Assembly (NCBI GenBank): GCA_000999595.1
Contig: LCJH01000001.1
Location: 1-55,815, forward strand
Direction: 5' to 3'
Origin: Microgenomates group bacterium GW2011_GWA2_44_7
GTDB taxonomy: Bacteria > Patescibacteriota > Microgenomatia > GWA2-44-7
Length of the DNA: 55,815 nucleotides
Within the stretch, counting starts at the first letter, position 1, and every line of letters begins with the position of its first letter. Position numbers and translations under genes: made by a program. A model generated the notes under the pieces. The model had not been told where the DNA came from. It saw only the letters and a program-made list of their open reading frames with translations, and searched no databases. Positions 55,430 to 55,815 of this stretch are shown here, one piece after another.

Positions 55430-55815
55430 ATGAATATTGATATTATAACTTTATTTCCAGAAGCATTTATCGGGCCGCTTTCAAGTAGTATTTTGAAAAG
55501 GGCTCAAGAGAAGAGGAGGCTTGTTATCAGTACACACAACCTCCGAAAGTGGACTATCGATAAGCGCGGAACAGTCGACGATCGACCGTATGGGGGTGGT
55601 CCAGGCATGATTTTAATGGTGGAGCCTATAGATAAAGCAATTAGTGAGCTGCGGACAAAAGACTCCTATATTATCTTTGTTGATCCCTCAGGAAAGAAAT
55701 TTAATCAACGGTTGGCTGGGCAACTGGCACTTAAGAAGCATCTAATTTTTGTTTGCGGACATTATGAAGGTATAGACGAACGAGCCAAAACGTCTTTTGC
55801 ACACGAGATAATTTC
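55430..55815 (+). CDS. trmD: tRNA (guanine37-N1)-methyltransferase TrmD, partial (C-terminus beyond the window end)
   Basis: Not in the ORF track because it is truncated. My translation reads MNIDIITLFPEAFIGPLSSSILKRAQEKRRLVISTHNLRKWTIDKRGTVDDRPYGGGPGMILMVEPIDKAISEL...LIFVCGHYEGIDERAKTSFAHEIIS. VDDRPYGGGPGM and CGxYEGIDER are hallmark TrmD motifs. Confidence 0.9.
   Translation, partial: MNIDIITLFPEAFIGPLSSSILKRAQEKRRLVISTHNLRKWTIDKRGTVDDRPYGGGPGMILMVEPIDKAISELRTKDSYIIFVDPSGKKFNQRLAGQLALKKHLIFVCGHYEGIDERAKTSFAHEII

Noticed and set aside
1-55815. A search by eye for CRISPR arrays, tandem or interspersed DNA repeats, tRNA/rRNA genes, transposases, integrases, and toxin-antitoxin or defence genes.
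   Set aside because: None was seen. The paralogous genes are too diverged to form DNA-level repeats. No T-loop-like GGTTCGAATCC signature or repeat-spacer periodicity was noticed. The locus shows no mobility hallmarks within the window.

Overview
The window is almost entirely one tightly packed glycan-assembly locus. 43 consecutive genes lie on the minus strand, from the partial gene at 1-370 to 54244-55374. The only interruption is a two-gene plus-strand insert at 12677-14938, encoding an FNR-like flavoprotein and a B12-binding-domain radical SAM enzyme. The right end is a divergently transcribed, partial trmD (55430-55815, +).

I assigned families by reading motifs in the supplied translations; no HMM or BLAST search was possible. 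By that reading the minus-strand genes comprise:
- 17 GT2 (GT-A fold) glycosyltransferases. Five look like polyprenyl-phosphate sugar synthases of the DPM1/GtrB type, and one of these is fused to a GtrA-like domain.
- 3 GT4 (GT-B fold) glycosyltransferases, one of them split.
- 18 large polytopic membrane proteins that look like GT-C glycosyltransferases, in at least five sequence families: GT39/PMT-like, YfhO-like, a GDEGRD-motif ArnT-like group, DUF2029/GT87-like, and one GT83/ArnT-like. Two are unassigned.
- 4 class I SAM methyltransferases.
- 1 Wzx-like flippase.

Three genes are disrupted: a GT39-like gene, an ArnT-like gene and an ALG11-like GT4 gene. One 0.69 kb gap (8286-8978) has no convincing gene. 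I saw no rRNA, tRNA, CRISPR array, transposase or integrase, and no DNA-level repeat family.

The most unusual content is the dominance and tandem arrangement of GT-C genes, including 11 in a row over 18 kb, combined with several lipid-phosphate sugar synthases. This implies a large extracytoplasmic glycosylation battery with an unknown acceptor. The gene families and packing suggest a small-genome uncultivated bacterium (CPR/Patescibacteria-like), but that is inference only.

Caveat: my base counts inside homopolymer runs can be off by one. Coordinates of CDS ends follow the supplied ORF track.
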